Numbered from the whole stretch's first letter, positions 48,060 to 61,300 are shown. The stretch is 63,724 nucleotides of DNA, filler included, from Chiloscyllium plagiosum (GCF_004010195.1; 4 parts of one record of this genome joined end to end with filler, not necessarily neighbours in it); one strand, 5' to 3'. Notes: generated by a model from the sequence alone, not told the origin. Numbers and translations are program-made.

Positions 48060-50660
48060 ACCATCATAACGGCAGGATCCAGGCTTGATTATGGGTGGAT
48101 TGAATTTTGGATGAGTTTAAACATAGCAAGGGAGATTCTAGATCACGAAGGTTGAAACCAGGAGCTTGCAAGAAACAGAAAAGAAAACTTGCATTCGCAC
48201 TGCAGGAGATTTATTAGATGAGGTTCTACTGAAAAAAACGTTACTTCTCTTGGAGGATTGTACAGAGATAGAGGAGTGTTGCAGCAGCTGGAAGAGGTTT
48301 TGAAGACTGAGAAAGTTGTAGAGCTAATGAAGGTGGGAGATATGTGGGAAGGTTTGACATCTGTTCGAGATTTCAGAGGCTGGCAGAGCTCGAGGTATTT
48401 TCACAGATAGGGAGAGAATTAGAATGCGGAGGTTGCAGAGATAGGAAGATGTGTTGGGGCAGACGGTGGTTACTGAATTCAGAGCAATGTCGGCTCAAGA
48501 GAATGTTCGACAGCAGGTTAAGCATTGGAGTAGGTTACACAACAGGGAAAATTGTAGGGGATGGGAGGAAGTTAAAGAGACGTACGGAATTATAGGTGCT
48601 GGAGAAAGATATAATGAACACTGCAGTGGCTGGAGGAGATTATGGAAACAATTAGATTTGTCAAAGCTGGAGGGAGTTATTGACATTGATAGTGATGTGG
48701 ACTGGAAGGGATTCCAAAGGTTGCGAGGTTTCTGTGGATATGAGTAGTTACAGAGAAAGGAGAACTGTCAGGACTTGAGAATTACAACATAAAGACGTAG
48801 AATTGTAGGGACTGGATGAGATTTCAGAGAATGGAGACTTATATGTCCGATATGATTTATTGAGATAAGGAGGGCTGCATTGATTGATGGACGTTCTAGA
48901 GATCAGAATAAATCGTCCACGATCGATGAGATTACGAAGTTAGGACAGTATTGGAGTTGGAGGAATCTGAAGCCATCGGACCAAACCACACAGACATTAT
49001 AGCAGAGAAGGATGTCATTTGTCCACTAATATTTCTACCAGTTCTCCAACTGAACTCATTACTGAGTAATGATCACCTGCTTACCCATTTCCTTACACAT
49101 TAGTGTTAATCACAATAATTATCGAATCCCCTCTTGAATGTTTCCATTGAAAATGCATCTACAACACATCCAAATGTATCTTAACTACTTGCAAAGTGAC
49201 AAAGTTCTTACCTATATAAATATTTCTTCTTTTATATATCTCCTGAAATCTGTACTCTCTCAGTTTTGTTACTTTTATGAACCCCAACAGATTTATATGA
49301 TCTATTCTACTCAGGCTGCCTATGAGTTTGAAGAACTCCATCAGATCTCCTCTTAACCAATTTCTGTCCATCGTTTTCAGTCGGACTTCATAACCGAAGT
49401 TTCTCATCCGTGGAACGATTGTTGTAAGTTACTTCTTCATCCTTTTCAATGTGTTGACATCCGTCCTGCCATGTGACACCCAGAAATGTATGCAATACTT
49501 CAGTTGAGGTCTAACATGCGTTTGATATAATTTCAAACTCCTTGCTCTTGAACGTTATTTCAACCTTTCTAAAAGGAGGAATGCTGCATGCTTTAATTAT
49601 GTTTAATATAATCTGCTTTACCTATGACAACTTCAGTAGTCTGTCCACAAATGTCACTTCGTCCTTCGCTCACTTACTCCTTCAGATTTTATATTCTATT
49701 TAATATTGTCTTGTAATATTTTTGCGAGCAAACTGCATTTTCTCATGCTTCTCTGCGCCAAACTTTCATCTACTATCTCTCCACTCACTGTATCATCTTG
49801 TCAATGTCTTTTTTGGAGTTCTCTAATTTCCTTAACTTCTGTGTCAACGGTAAACTTTGAAATGGGTCTCAGCACATCAGATGTACATTGTTCATAATTA
49901 TCATAACGAATGAGTCTCCCAAAATTGACTCTTGCAGAACATCATCGAAAATCTTTCTCTCGCTCTTAAAGGTTTTATTGACCATTCGTCCTGGTTTCCT
50001 ATCAGTCAGACAATTTGCATCCACATTGATACAGTCCTTTCTATTCCATGAATGAATGATTTTATTGTCGAATATGTTGCGGAAAATACAGTGTAAAATG
50101 CTTTGACGCCTATTTCAAACACGTCCTCCTCATCAATATTGTACCTTTCTAGTGACAGAGTTTCCTCGGCTCCGTCTTCACAGCATGAATCCTGTTTGCG
50201 GTGTTGAACGAGCCTTACTCCATTTTTTTAACATGCTCACTATGAGGTGTCCATAGAAGATTCTGGAGCAGCTCCATTTTGGCTCGCAGGTTTCCAATTA
50301 TTGGTCCCTGCTCTACCATCTCCCCTCTGAACCTTCAGCATTCTCACACCAATTTTATTGTTCTTCCTCGTCATCCAGGCAGCGTTGGGTTTGTCTACCC
50401 AGCCTTTCAAGTTTGAGGGACCACTCCTCGACTGGACTCAAAACCTGCCCTCTTTGAAGGAGCCCATTGTCCAGTTTTCCCTTTTCTGGCCAACATGGAC
50501 TTCAGCTCAAACCTTCCCAAAATCATTCTTGCCAGATTGAAGACTGTTTCCAGTCATTTGATTTTTCTTATTCTCAATTATTGGATATCATGGTCGACCA
50601 TCATTCTGAGCTTTTGCACAAAAATGATCGTTGTGTCCTAGAGTGTCCATGACTGACACA
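48060..50660 (-). mobile_element. Very old L2-like (~48060-48980) and CR1-like (~48990-50660) relics
   Basis: ORF 49159..49407 LRGDLMEFFKLIGSL...KNFVTLQVV; purine-rich L2-like antisense text upstream. Confidence 0.55.
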
Positions 50661-50671
50661 GGATCCATTTT

Positions 50672-51065
50672 GGAAATGTGTTGCTGGAAAAGCGCAGCAG
50701 GTCAGGCAGCATCTAGGGAACAGGCGAATCGACGTTTCGGGCATTAGCCCTTCTTCAGGAATGAGGACAGTTTGTCCAGCAGGCTAAGATAAAAGATAGG
50801 GAGGAGGGACTTGGGGGAGGGGCGTCGGAAATGTGATAGGTGGAAAGAGGTCAAGGTGAGGGTGATAGGTCAGACTGGGGTGGGGGCGGAGAGGTCGGGA
50901 AGAAGATTGCAGGTTAGGAAGGCGGTGCTGAATTCGATGGATTTGACTGAGACAAGGTGGGGGGAGGGGAAATGAGGAAACTGGTGAAACCCGAGTTCAT
51001 CCCTTGTGGTTGGAGAGTTCCTAGCCGGAAGATGAGGCGTTCCTCCTCCAACCGTCGTTTTGTTG
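50672..51065 (-). mobile_element. Young-looking Penelope-like 3' terminus
   Basis: ccggaagatgaggcgttcctcctccaaccgtcg (reverse complement RRLEEERLIFR); CpGs retained; intact hammerhead core. Confidence 0.9.
50726..50763 (-). ncRNA. Minimal type I hammerhead ribozyme motif
   Basis: Minus strand reads cauucCUGAAGA-A-GGGC(UAAU)GCCC-GAAA-CG-UCgauuc: CUGANGA and GAAA cores, 4-bp stem II, palindromic ACGU stem III, GUC cleavage triplet. Confidence 0.8.
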
Positions 51066-51165
51066 NNNNNNNNNNNNNNNNNNNNNNNNNNNNNNNNNNN
51101 NNNNNNNNNTTAATTAATTAANNNNNNNNNNNNNNNNNNNNNNNNNNNNNNNNNNNNNNNNNNNN

Positions 51166-52705
51166 ATCACCTGGCTGAACTGTTCCTCCCCCTCAACAAC
51201 ATCTCCTTCCAATCCTCCCACTTCCTCCAAACCAAAGGGGTAGCAATGGGCAACCGAATGGGATCCAACCATGCCTGTCTATTTGTCAGATATGTGGAAC
51301 TGTGCATCTTCCACAGTTACATAGGCACCATCCTCCACCTGTTGTTCCGCTACATTGATGAATGTATTGGCGCCACTTTGTGCTCCCACGAGGAGGATGA
51401 ACAGTTCACCAACTTTACTGACACCTTCAACCCAGACCTCAAATTCACCTGGATCATCTTGGCAACTTCCGACCCCTTCCGCGACCTCCCCCTCACGGTC
51501 TCTGGCGACTGAATAATCACAAACATTAACTACAAGCCCACCGACTCCTACAGCTACCTTGACTGCACCTCCTCCCACCCTACCTCGTGTAAGAAACGCC
51601 ATTCCAATTCCAAATTCTTCCTGCTCCACCACATCTGTTCCCATGATGACCAATTGCACCTCAGAAAGTCCCAGTTGGTTTCCTTCTCTCACGAACGCAA
51701 ATTCCCGTACCATGTGGTTGACGTTGCCTTCCAGTGCATCTTCTACATTTCACCACCAAAAGCCTTGAACTCCATCCCTCCCAATGCAACAAGCGCAGAA
51801 CCCACTGGTGTTTACCTTCCACCTCACCAACCTGTGCATATAATGCATCATATCCTGCCACTTCTGCCACCTCCAAACCTACCACCAAAGTATATTTCGA
51901 AAAACTATCAGCATTCTGAAAATACCAATCCCTCCATGATGCCCTCGTAAGGTCCACCCCCCTCTCCACCCCCCTCAAGCCCGCATCAGTCTCCTGGCAC
52001 CGTTTCCTGCCACAAACCAGCGTCCACACCACTCGCCTTATCTCCATCCAAGGCCCCAAGGGATCATTTCACATCCATTAGAAATTCACCTGTATCGTTA
52101 CCAACATCATCTACTGCATTCGTTGTACCCAGTGTGGTCTCCTCTACATCAGGTACACAGGACATCTTCCTGCAGATCATTTCAGAGAACATCTCAGGGA
52201 CACCCGCACCCACCAACCCCACCGCACCGTGATTGAACACTTCAAATCCCTTCACCACTCCATCAATAATGTACAGGTCCTGGCCCCCCTTCACCGCCAA
52301 ACTGTTCCCACACAACGCCTGGAGGACGAACGCCACATATTATGCGCTGGGACCCTAACACCACACGGGATAAATGTGGATTTGAACAGGTTCCTCATTT
52401 CTCCTCCCCACAAACTCAAGCCTTCAACTTTGCACCACCCTCTGCGCCCATTTTCTCATTGACCCCTCTGACCGATCATCTTCTCCCTCACCTTCATTCG
52501 CCTATCGTTTTCCCAGCAACCTCCCTCCAATCCCAAACCTCTACGGTTTATCTTTCAGCCCAGACTCACAAGCCTTATTGCTGATGAAAGGCTTATGTCT
52601 CAAACGTGAATTTTCCTGCTCCTCGGACGCTGCCTGACCTGCTGTACTGTTCCAACACCACATTTCCGATTCTGTTACCCAGCATCTGCAATCCTATTTT
52701 TCTCC
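51166..52705 (+). mobile_element. Penelope-like element RT + GIY-YIG to 3' end, decayed
   Basis: KGVAMGNRMGSNHACLFV...FRYIDECIG...FNPDLKFT (PLE RT motifs); CGLLYIR...RLEDERHILCAGTLTPHGINVD. Confidence 0.93.
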
Positions 52706-53279
52706 GTGGAATAATCAATGACCTCAGAGTGAAGATGCCCCTGGATTGCAGGGNNNNNNNNNNNNNNNNNNNNNNNNNNNNNNNNNNNNNNNNNNNNNNN
52801 NNNNNNNNNNNNNNNNNNNNNNNNNNNNNNNNNNNNNNNNNNNNNNNNNNNNNNNNNNNNNNNNNNNNNNNNNNNNNNNNNNNNNNNNNNNNNNNNNNNN
52901 NNNNNNNNNNNNNNNNNNNNNNNNNNNNNNNNNNNNNNNNNNNNNNNNNNNNNNNNNNNNNNNNNNNNNNNNNNNNNNNNNNNNNNNNNNNNNNNNNNNN
53001 NNNNNNNNNNNNNNNNNNNNNNNNNNNNNNNNNNNNNNNNNNNNNNNNNNNNNNNNNNNNNNNNNNNNNNNNNNNNNNNNNNNNNNNNNNNNNNNNNNNN
53101 NNNNNNNNNNNNNNNNNNNNNNNNNNNNNNNNNNNNNNNNNNNNNNNNNNNNNNNNNNNNNNNNNNNNNNNNNNNNNNNNNNNNNNNNNNNNNNNNNNNN
53201 NNNNNNNNNNNNNNNNNNNNNNNNNNNNNNNNNNNNNNNNNNNNNNNNNNNNNTGATTTTGCTTACTTGTTTGTAATTA

Positions 53280-53535
53280 TTAACATTAGCGGTATACCAT
53301 GTACTGAACTTAAATATCTGTCTGAGTTTACCCTGAAGCTTGTAGCTATTGACATGAGCAGTATACCCTGTACTGAAGTGGAAAAGATATCTGATTTTAC
53401 ACTGTAGTTATTAGTTATTGAAATGAGTAGTACACCCTGCACTGAACTGTAAACAGCTGTCTGAGTTTACCTTGTAACTTGGAGTTATTGACATGAGAAG
53501 TATAACCCGGACGGAACTGTAAATAGCTGTCTGAG
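53280..53535. repeat. ~69-bp tandem repeat (3.5-4 visible units) abutting a 500-N gap
   Basis: Unit starts gtactgaact (53301), gtactgaagt (53370), gcactgaact (53439), ggacggaact (53509). Confidence 0.85.
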
Positions 53536-56500
53536 TCATAGAGTCATAGAGATGTGCCGCATGGACTGAGACCCTTCGTCCATGTTACCAGATATCCCAA
53601 TCCAATCTAGTCCCACCTGCCAACACCCGCCCTATATCCCACCAAACCCTTCCTATTCACATACCCATACAGATGCCTTTTAAATGCTGAAACTGTGTCA
53701 GCCTCCACCACTTCCTCTGGCAGCTCATTCCATACACGCACACACCACCCTCTTCATGGAAAAGTTTAACCTTCGGTCTCCTTTATGTCTTTCCCCACTC
53801 ACCCTCAACCTTTGCCCTCTAGATCACGTCTACCCCACCCCAGGGAAATGACATTGTCTATGTACCCTATCCATGCTCCTCATGAATTTATAAACGTATA
53901 TGACGTCACATCACAGCCTGTGGCGCTTCAAGGAAAACAGCCCGAGTGTATTCAACCTCTCCCTATAGCGCAATTTCTTAATCCCAGGCAACATCCTTGT
54001 AAATCTTTTCTGAGCCCTTTGAAGTTTCACAATATCCTTCCAATAGGAACGAAACCAGAATTACACGCAATATTCCAAAGTGGCCTAAACAATGTTCTGA
54101 ACAGCTACAACATGACCTCCCAACTCCTGTACTCAATACACTGACCAATAAAGAAAAGCCTACCAAATACCTTTTTCACTATCCTATAAACCTTCGACTC
54201 CACTTTCAAGGAGCTATGAACCTGACCTCCAAGGACATTTGGTTCAGCAGCATTCCCCAGGACCTGACCATTAAGCGTATATGTCATGTTAAGGCTTGCT
54301 TTCCCCAAATGCAGCAAAATCGCATTTTTCTAAATTAGACTCCACTGCCACTTCTTAGCCCATTTGATCAATATCCCGATGTAATCGGACGTAACCTTCT
54401 TTGATGTCCACTGCACCTCCAATGTTGTTGTTATCTGCATCTTACTAACTGGACCTCTTAAGATCACATCCATACATTTATAAAAATGATGAAAATTAGT
54501 GGACCCAGCACCGATCCTTGTGACATTCCACTGGTCACTGGCCTCCAATCTGGAAAACAACCCTCCACCACCACCCTCTGTATTCTACATTTGAGACAGT
54601 TCTATATCCAAATGGCTACTTCTCCCTGTATTCCATGAGATCTAATCTTACTAATCAGTCTCCGATGCGAACCCTTGCCGAACGCCTTCCTGAAGTCCAT
54701 ATTGATCACGTCTACTGCTCTGTCCTCATCAATCCTCTTTGTTACTTCTTCAAAAAACTAAATCAAGTTTGTGAGACATAATTTCCCTCGCACAAAGCCT
54801 TGTTGACCATCTCGAATCAGACCGTGCCTTTCCAAATACATGCACATCCTGTCCCTCATGATTCCCTCCAACATCTTGCACACCACCGACGTCAGGCTCA
54901 CCGGTCTATCGTTCCCTAGTTTGCCCTTACCACCTTTCTTAAACAGCGGCAACATATTAGCCAACTCCCAGTCTTCTGGCACCTCACCTGTGACTATCGA
55001 TGACATAAATATCGCAACAAGAGGCCCAGCAATCACTTTCCTAACTTCCCACTGAGTTCGCGGGTACACCTGATCAGGTCCTGGGGATTTATCCAGTTTT
55101 ATGCGTTTCAAGACATCCAGCACTTCCTCCTCTATATTATGGACATTTTTAAAGATGTCACCATCTGCATCCCTGCACTCTATATCTTCCACGTCCTTAT
55201 CCACAATAAATGCCGACGCAAAATACTCGTTTAGTACCTCCCCATTTCCTTCGGCTCCACACAAAGGCTGCCTTGCNNNNNNNNNNNNNNNNNNNNNNNN
55301 NNNNNNNNNNNNNNNNNNNNNNNNNNNNNNNNNNNNNNNNNNNNNNNNNNNNNNNNNNNNNNNNNNNNNNNNNNNNNNNNNNNNNNNNNNNNNNNNNNNN
55401 NNNNNNNNNNNNNNNNNNNNNNNNNNNNNNNNNNNNNNNNNNNNNNNNNNNNNNNNNNNNNNNNNNNNNNNNNNNNNNNNNNNNNNNNNNNNNNGATCTG
55501 GTCTATCCTTTTCCATCACTATTTTAAAACGAATAAAATTATGGTCGCTGGCCCCAAAGTGCTCCCCCACTGACACCTCAGTCACCTGCCCTGCCTTATT
55601 TCCCAAGAGTAGGTCAAGATTTGCACCTTCTCTGGCCGGTGCATCCACATACTGAATTGGAAAATTGTCTTGTACACACTTAACAAATTCCTCTCCATCT
55701 AAACCTTTAACACTGTGGCAGTCCCAGCCTATGTTTGGAAAGTTAAAATCCCTGAACATAACCACCCTATTATTCTTACAAATAACTGAGATCTCCTTAC
55801 AAACTTGTTTCTCAATTTCCCTCTGACTATTAGGAGTCTATAATACAATCCCAATGAAGTGATCAGCCCTTTCTTATTTCTCAGTTCCACCCAAATAACT
55901 TCCCTGGATGTATTTCCGGGAATATCCTCCCTCAGTACAGCTGTCATGTTATCCCTTATCAAAAACACTACTCCCCCTCCTTTCTTGCCTCCCTTTCTGT
56001 CCTTCCTGTAGCATTTGTATCCTGGAACATTTACTGCCAGTCCTATTCATCTGATGTTTCTGTAATTGCTATGATATCCCAGTCCTATGTTCCTAACTAT
56101 GTCCTGAGTTCATCTGCCTTGCCTGTTGGGCTCCTTGCATCGAAATAAATGCAGTTTAATTTATCGGTCCTATCTTGTTCTCTGCTTTTTCCCGCCTGCC
56201 CTGATTGTTTGACTCGCTTCTTTACTCAACTGTGCCAGTCTCAGATCTTTTCTCACTGTCTCCCTGGGTCCCATCGACCCATCTTACTAAATTAAATCCT
56301 CCCGAGCAGCGCTAGCAAACTTCCCTGCCAGTATATTAGTCCCCTTTCAGTTTAGGTGCAATCCATTCTTCTTGTTCAGGTCAATTCTACCACAAAAGAG
56401 ATTCCAATGATCCAAAAATGTGAATCTCTCGCCCACACACCAGATCATCAGCCATGCATTCATATGCTCTATCCTCCTCTTCCTGCCCTCACTAGCTTGT

Positions 56501-58490
56501 CGCACCTGGAGCAATCCAGATATTACTGCTCTATCGGACCTACGTTTTAAATTCCTGGCTAACTTTGTAATCTGCCGTCAGAATCTCAATATTTTCCATG
56601 ATTTGCTGTTGGTTTCAATGTGTATAATGACTTCTTGCTGGCCCCTCTTCCCCGTGAGCACCCTCTCTGAGGCATCATTCATCCTGGCACCAGGGATGCA
56701 ACACACCATTCTGATTTTTCGCTGCTGGCCACAGGAACCTCTGTCTGTACCTCGGACGAGAGAGTGCCCTCAAACAATCGATCTCTTGGAACCCGACGTA
56801 CAATCATTGCATTAGAGCCAGACTCAATACCAGAAACTTGGCTGATTGTGCCACGTTCCCTTGAGAATTCATCACTCCTTACATTTTCCAAAACAGCATA
56901 CCTGTATAAAATAGATATAGCCACAGAAGACTCTGGCACTATTTGCCTACCTCTTTCTTTTCCTAGAATTAATCCATTTATGTGACTTTTCTCCCTTCCT
57001 TTCACTTCCATCCATCACATCCCTTTTGTTTTGTAAATTCCTCATTGCCTCGAACCGTCGCTCCAACCATTCAATTTGATCTGATAGGATTCACAACCAA
57101 CAGCATTTATTGCAGAGAAAACCCTCAGTAACATGTAAACTCTCTCTTAGCTCCCACATCCGACAGGAAGAGCAGGTCATTCTATTGAGGGCCATTTTTG
57201 CTTCTTCCAATCTGGAGGCCTAGACAGGAGCACCGTCTTATTCTTTGCAAAACACTGCTCGAGGATTTCCTGATACTTATAGCTTATATGTTTTTAAGTT
57301 TAATCAGGAGACATTGCTAAAACAAATCAAGAAAGAACCAACTGTATTCACTATTGCAAACGTACAGTAAGGCCCCAAGGCCACACTTTAATCTATTCAC
57401 TTTTCTGTTCCTGTGTTGTGACCTCTCCCAAGTAGGTTCCCCCAAGACCAGTTGTGAATTTCACTGTTTGTTAATTTTTGCAGATGCACCCCGATATCCA
57501 GTGATACATGAATTCAAACAGCAAAGGCAGTAACTGCGCAGATAATCGATCTCTTGGAACCCGACGTACAATCATTGCATTAGAGCCAGACTCAATACCA
57601 GAAACTTGGCTGATTGTGCCACGTTCCCCTGAGAATCCATCACTCCTTACATTTTCCAAAACAGCATACCTATATAAAATAGATATAGCCACAGATGACT
57701 CTGGCACTATTTGCCTACCTGTTTCTTTTCCTAGAATTAATCCATTTATGTGACTTTTCTCCCTTCCTTTCACTTCCATCCATCACATCCCTTTTGTTTT
57801 GTAAATTCCTCATTGCCTCGAACCGTCGCTCCAACCATTCAATTCGATCTGATAGGATTCACAACCAACAGCATTTATTGCAGAGAAATCCCTCAGTAAC
57901 ATGTAAACTCTCTCTTAGCTCCCACATCCGACAGGAAGAGCAGGTCATTCTCCTGAGGGCCATTTTTGCTTCTTCCAATCTGGAGGCCTAGACAGTAGCA
58001 CCGTCTTATTCTTTACAAAACACTGATCGAGGCTATCTTGATACTTATAGTTTATATTTTTTTAAGTTTAATCAGGAGACATTGCTAAAATAAATCAAGA
58101 AAGAACCAACTGTATTCACTTTTGCAAACGTACAGTAAGGCCCCAAGGCCACACTTTAATCTATTCACTTTTCTGTTCCTGTGTTGTGACCTCTCCCAAA
58201 TAGGTTCCCCCAAGACCAGTTGTGAATTTCACTGTTAGTTATTTTTTGCAGATGCACCCCGATATCCAGTGATACATGAATTCAAACAGCAAAGGCAGTA
58301 ACTGCGCAGATGCACTGCTGTGTCAGTTAGCTGTGTCAGACTTCTTTCTCTCTCTCTCTCTCCAGCACTGACCTCACCATGTGCTGCCTTTGTCTGTTGC
58401 TCTCCTTTTTAAAAGTGCTGTTGTTTGACGTATTTTTCCTCAAGATCCAAGACAATCCAACAGCATATAAAACTGCCATTGCTGCTCCTG
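53533..58490 (-). mobile_element. Near full-length CR1 LINE (5'UTR, esterase ORF1, EN-RT ORF2, 3' microsatellite), inactivated
   Basis: 3' tail gagtcatagagtcatagag; ORF 54758..55765 DFNFPNIGW...SDHNFIRF...GEVPEDW...RPVSLTSVVCKMLE; ORF1 fragments 56679..57011. Confidence 0.95.
56776..58310. repeat. 768-bp tandem duplication of CR1 5'UTR/ORF1 start
   Basis: aatcgatctcttggaacccgacgtac at 56776 and 57544; both units end taactgcgcaga. Confidence 0.95.
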
Positions 58491-58499
58491 TAATGGGAG

Positions 58500-60200
58500 G
58501 ACATCCACTATGTCCTCATTGATATTCTTGGTTACACCCTCAAAAAACTCAATAAATTTTGTGCAAGACCATGCTGATTTTCCCTATTCATTCCTTGTAC
58601 CTAAAATGTCAAATAAATCCTATCGTTAAGAATTACATCCAACAACGTACCCACGACCATAACCAGACACACAGGTCTATCGACCCCAGGCTTTTTCATG
58701 AATTCCTTTCTAAATAAAGGCACAACATTAGCCATCCCCCAGTCATTCGGCACCTCACTCGTCATAATAGATGATAAAAATATTTCTCCGAAGGGCTCAA
58801 CAGTTTCTTTCCCGAACTTCCCACAAATTTCCGGGATACAGGAGATCAGATGTCAGAGAAATATCCAACTTTATATTTTCCAGGTCCTCCACCAAATTCT
58901 CTTTTCAATGTGAACTTCTTTCAAACCATCAATTATACCCGCCATTTCGTTCTCCAAGGTGTAAACTGACGCGAAGTGAACCTCTCTCCATCTGCTGATA
59001 TTCAAGGAAAAGGTGAGTTTTTTTCATCTTAAAGTGGTCATATTTGGTCTGAAGTTCTTAATGCGCTTGCAGAATCACTTTAGAACATACTTAACATTAT
59101 GTCCTGAGGCGATCTCATATTCTCGATTGACGTTTACGATGTCCTCCTTAAGAATGCCCCTCCACTCCCTACATAGTTCAAGAGATTCACTTGAAACCAT
59201 GTGTTTATACGGAAGCTGTCACCTCCTTAAAAAAAATCTTCACAGGCCTAAATCCCTGCGATCAACGTTGTTCTAACGGAATACCTATAATGTGGAAACA
59301 GGCCATTCGGAACAAGAAACCCCAACTAATCCTGCGAAGAGAATCGCACCCAAACACACATCTCTACCCAATTTCTGTAACTCTGCATTTCCCATGACCA
59401 AAAAACGTCAGCCACACATCTTTAGTCTGTGGAGGAAACCCAGGTGAAACGGAGAGGATGTGCAAACTTCAAATAGTCGTCCAAAGTAGATATTTAACCA
59501 ACATCGCTATTAGTACTCACCACTGAGTCAGCCATAAGAAGCCTCCTATCCACCACTCAAAACATATCATCACTTAGATACTGGGCCAAAACCTACTCCC
59601 AATATTCCAAATGCAACTTTCCAGAGCCTCCTATTGAGGTGTAAACCTCTGCCCGTTCTTTCTCATTAGCTTGAATTGAAGCCTACATTGTATTTGCCTT
59701 CCTAATTACCAGCTGAAACTGCATGCTGAACATAAAAAAAAAGAAATTTGAAATCTTTCTGCTTTCAGGAAATTGTCTATGCTTCTACTCTTTCCACCAA
59801 ACATATGACCTCATATTTTCCACAATGTATGCCAATTGCAAATATTTTTTTCGAAGCACTCAGCCCGTTCAAGTCATTCTGCAGCATGCCCCCATCATCA
59901 ATAAGTTCTGCCCTTCCACCTATCATTGTGTCTTCTTCAAATGGAGCAACAACACCCTCAGTTCCTTTGAATGGATCATCCATACAGAATGGGAATAGCT
60001 GTGGTGTCAACACTGGCGCTGAACTCCACTAGTCACGGGCTGCCATTCTGGAAGAGACCCCTTTATCCAACTGTCTGCCTTCTGCCAGTTAGCCAAGCCT
60101 CAATCCATGTCCTCTTATTCAACAGTTTGCCATACTGCACCCTGATATATGTCTGTGGAAATTCAAGCCGGTCACCTCCACAGGCGTGACTTCGTCTCAC
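58500..60200 (-). mobile_element. Decayed CR1 fragments interrupted by an HE1-like SINE (59280-59540)
   Basis: ttagccatcccccagtcattcggcacctc; gtgtcaacactggcgctgaactccactagtcac; SINE tail tgtggaaacaggccattcgg. Confidence 0.75.
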
Positions 60201-60311
60201 TTGCTCATGACATCCAGTCCTGATGCAGCAGACATTTCTTACAATTGAATCATTGCAAAACTGAAGCCTCTGACTTCAGTCCCAAACTCAAAATCCACTG
60301 CCTCGCCACTG

Positions 60312-60997
60312 AGTCGAAAGTGTGATACTAGAAAAGCACAGCAAGACAGGCAGCTTCCAATGAGCAGGACAATCGACATTTCGGGCACGAGCCTTCTTCA
60401 GGAAAGAGGCTTGTGAACCGAGGGGTAGAGAGACAAATGGGAGCAGATGTGGCTGGGACAAGGTAGCTGAGAGTGTGTTAGGTGGATGGAGGTGGGGCTG
60501 ATGATGATAGGTCCGAGCGCAGAGTGGAGCAGATAAGTAGGAAGGAAGATGGACAGATAGGACAGTTCATGAGAGCGGCAGAAGCCCTGGACATGAAAGA
60601 ATTTGGCTGTGTAGGAGGGACAGTTAACGTGTTCGTCCAGGAGCCAGTGGTGTTGTTTGGTGATTGTGTCCCGGAGATGTTTTCCGAAGCGGTTTGTACT
60701 TGGGCATCCAATTTCCTCAATGTGGAGGAGACTGCAAAGGGAGCAATGGATACCATAAATGACATGCGTGGAAATGCAGGTGAAACACTGATGGACATGG
60801 AAGTGTCCTTTGGGGCCTTGGAAAGAGTTGAGGGCGGAGGTGTGGGTGGATGTTTTTCAAATCCCGTATTGGAATGAGAAGGTTGTTGGGAGGGGACGGT
60901 GGTTTGGTGGGGGCTTGCACTTGGCAAGGGAGGCAAAGAAGGAATTATCTTTAGAGAAAGTGGATAGGGATGGGGAGGGAAACATATCTTAGTTGGT
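60312..60997 (-). mobile_element. Penelope-like element 3' portion
   Basis: Antisense GIY-YIG text; terminus with near-intact hammerhead at ~60371-60404. Confidence 0.88.
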
Positions 60998-61141
60998 NNN
61001 NNNNNNNNNNNNNNNNNNNNNNNNNNNNNNNNNNNNNNNNNTTAATTAATTAANNNNNNNNNNNNNNNNNNNNNNNNNNNNNNNNNNNNNNNNNNNNGTT
61101 GCACGACTCACTATAGCCTCACCCACCCCCACTATTTATCT

Positions 61142-61300
61142 GGACGTAGGCTTGCTCGCTGATTTGGAATGTTCATTTCCATTCGTTTCGTCAATCTATT
61201 AACATCTTCAGTGGGCCTTCGGGAGAAGCACTGCTGCTGATTCCTGCTTTGTATTTATACGTTTCTTTGTTCGAGGTGACAAAACGTGTTTTTTTATTGT
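61142..61300 (-). mobile_element. Penelope-like terminal fragment (third family)
   Basis: Minus strand cacCUGAAGA-like core: ctgaagatgttaatagattgacgaaacg; cleavage site mutated. Confidence 0.5.

Noticed and set aside
52606..53276. Long ORFs of 176-216 aa (and the 335-aa and 184-aa ORFs spanning 55277-55494)
   Set aside because: Length is inflated by reading through N gaps.
53280..53535. Regularly spaced repeats resembling a CRISPR array
   Set aside because: Whole units are homologous with no unique spacers, no cas genes, and the context is eukaryotic.
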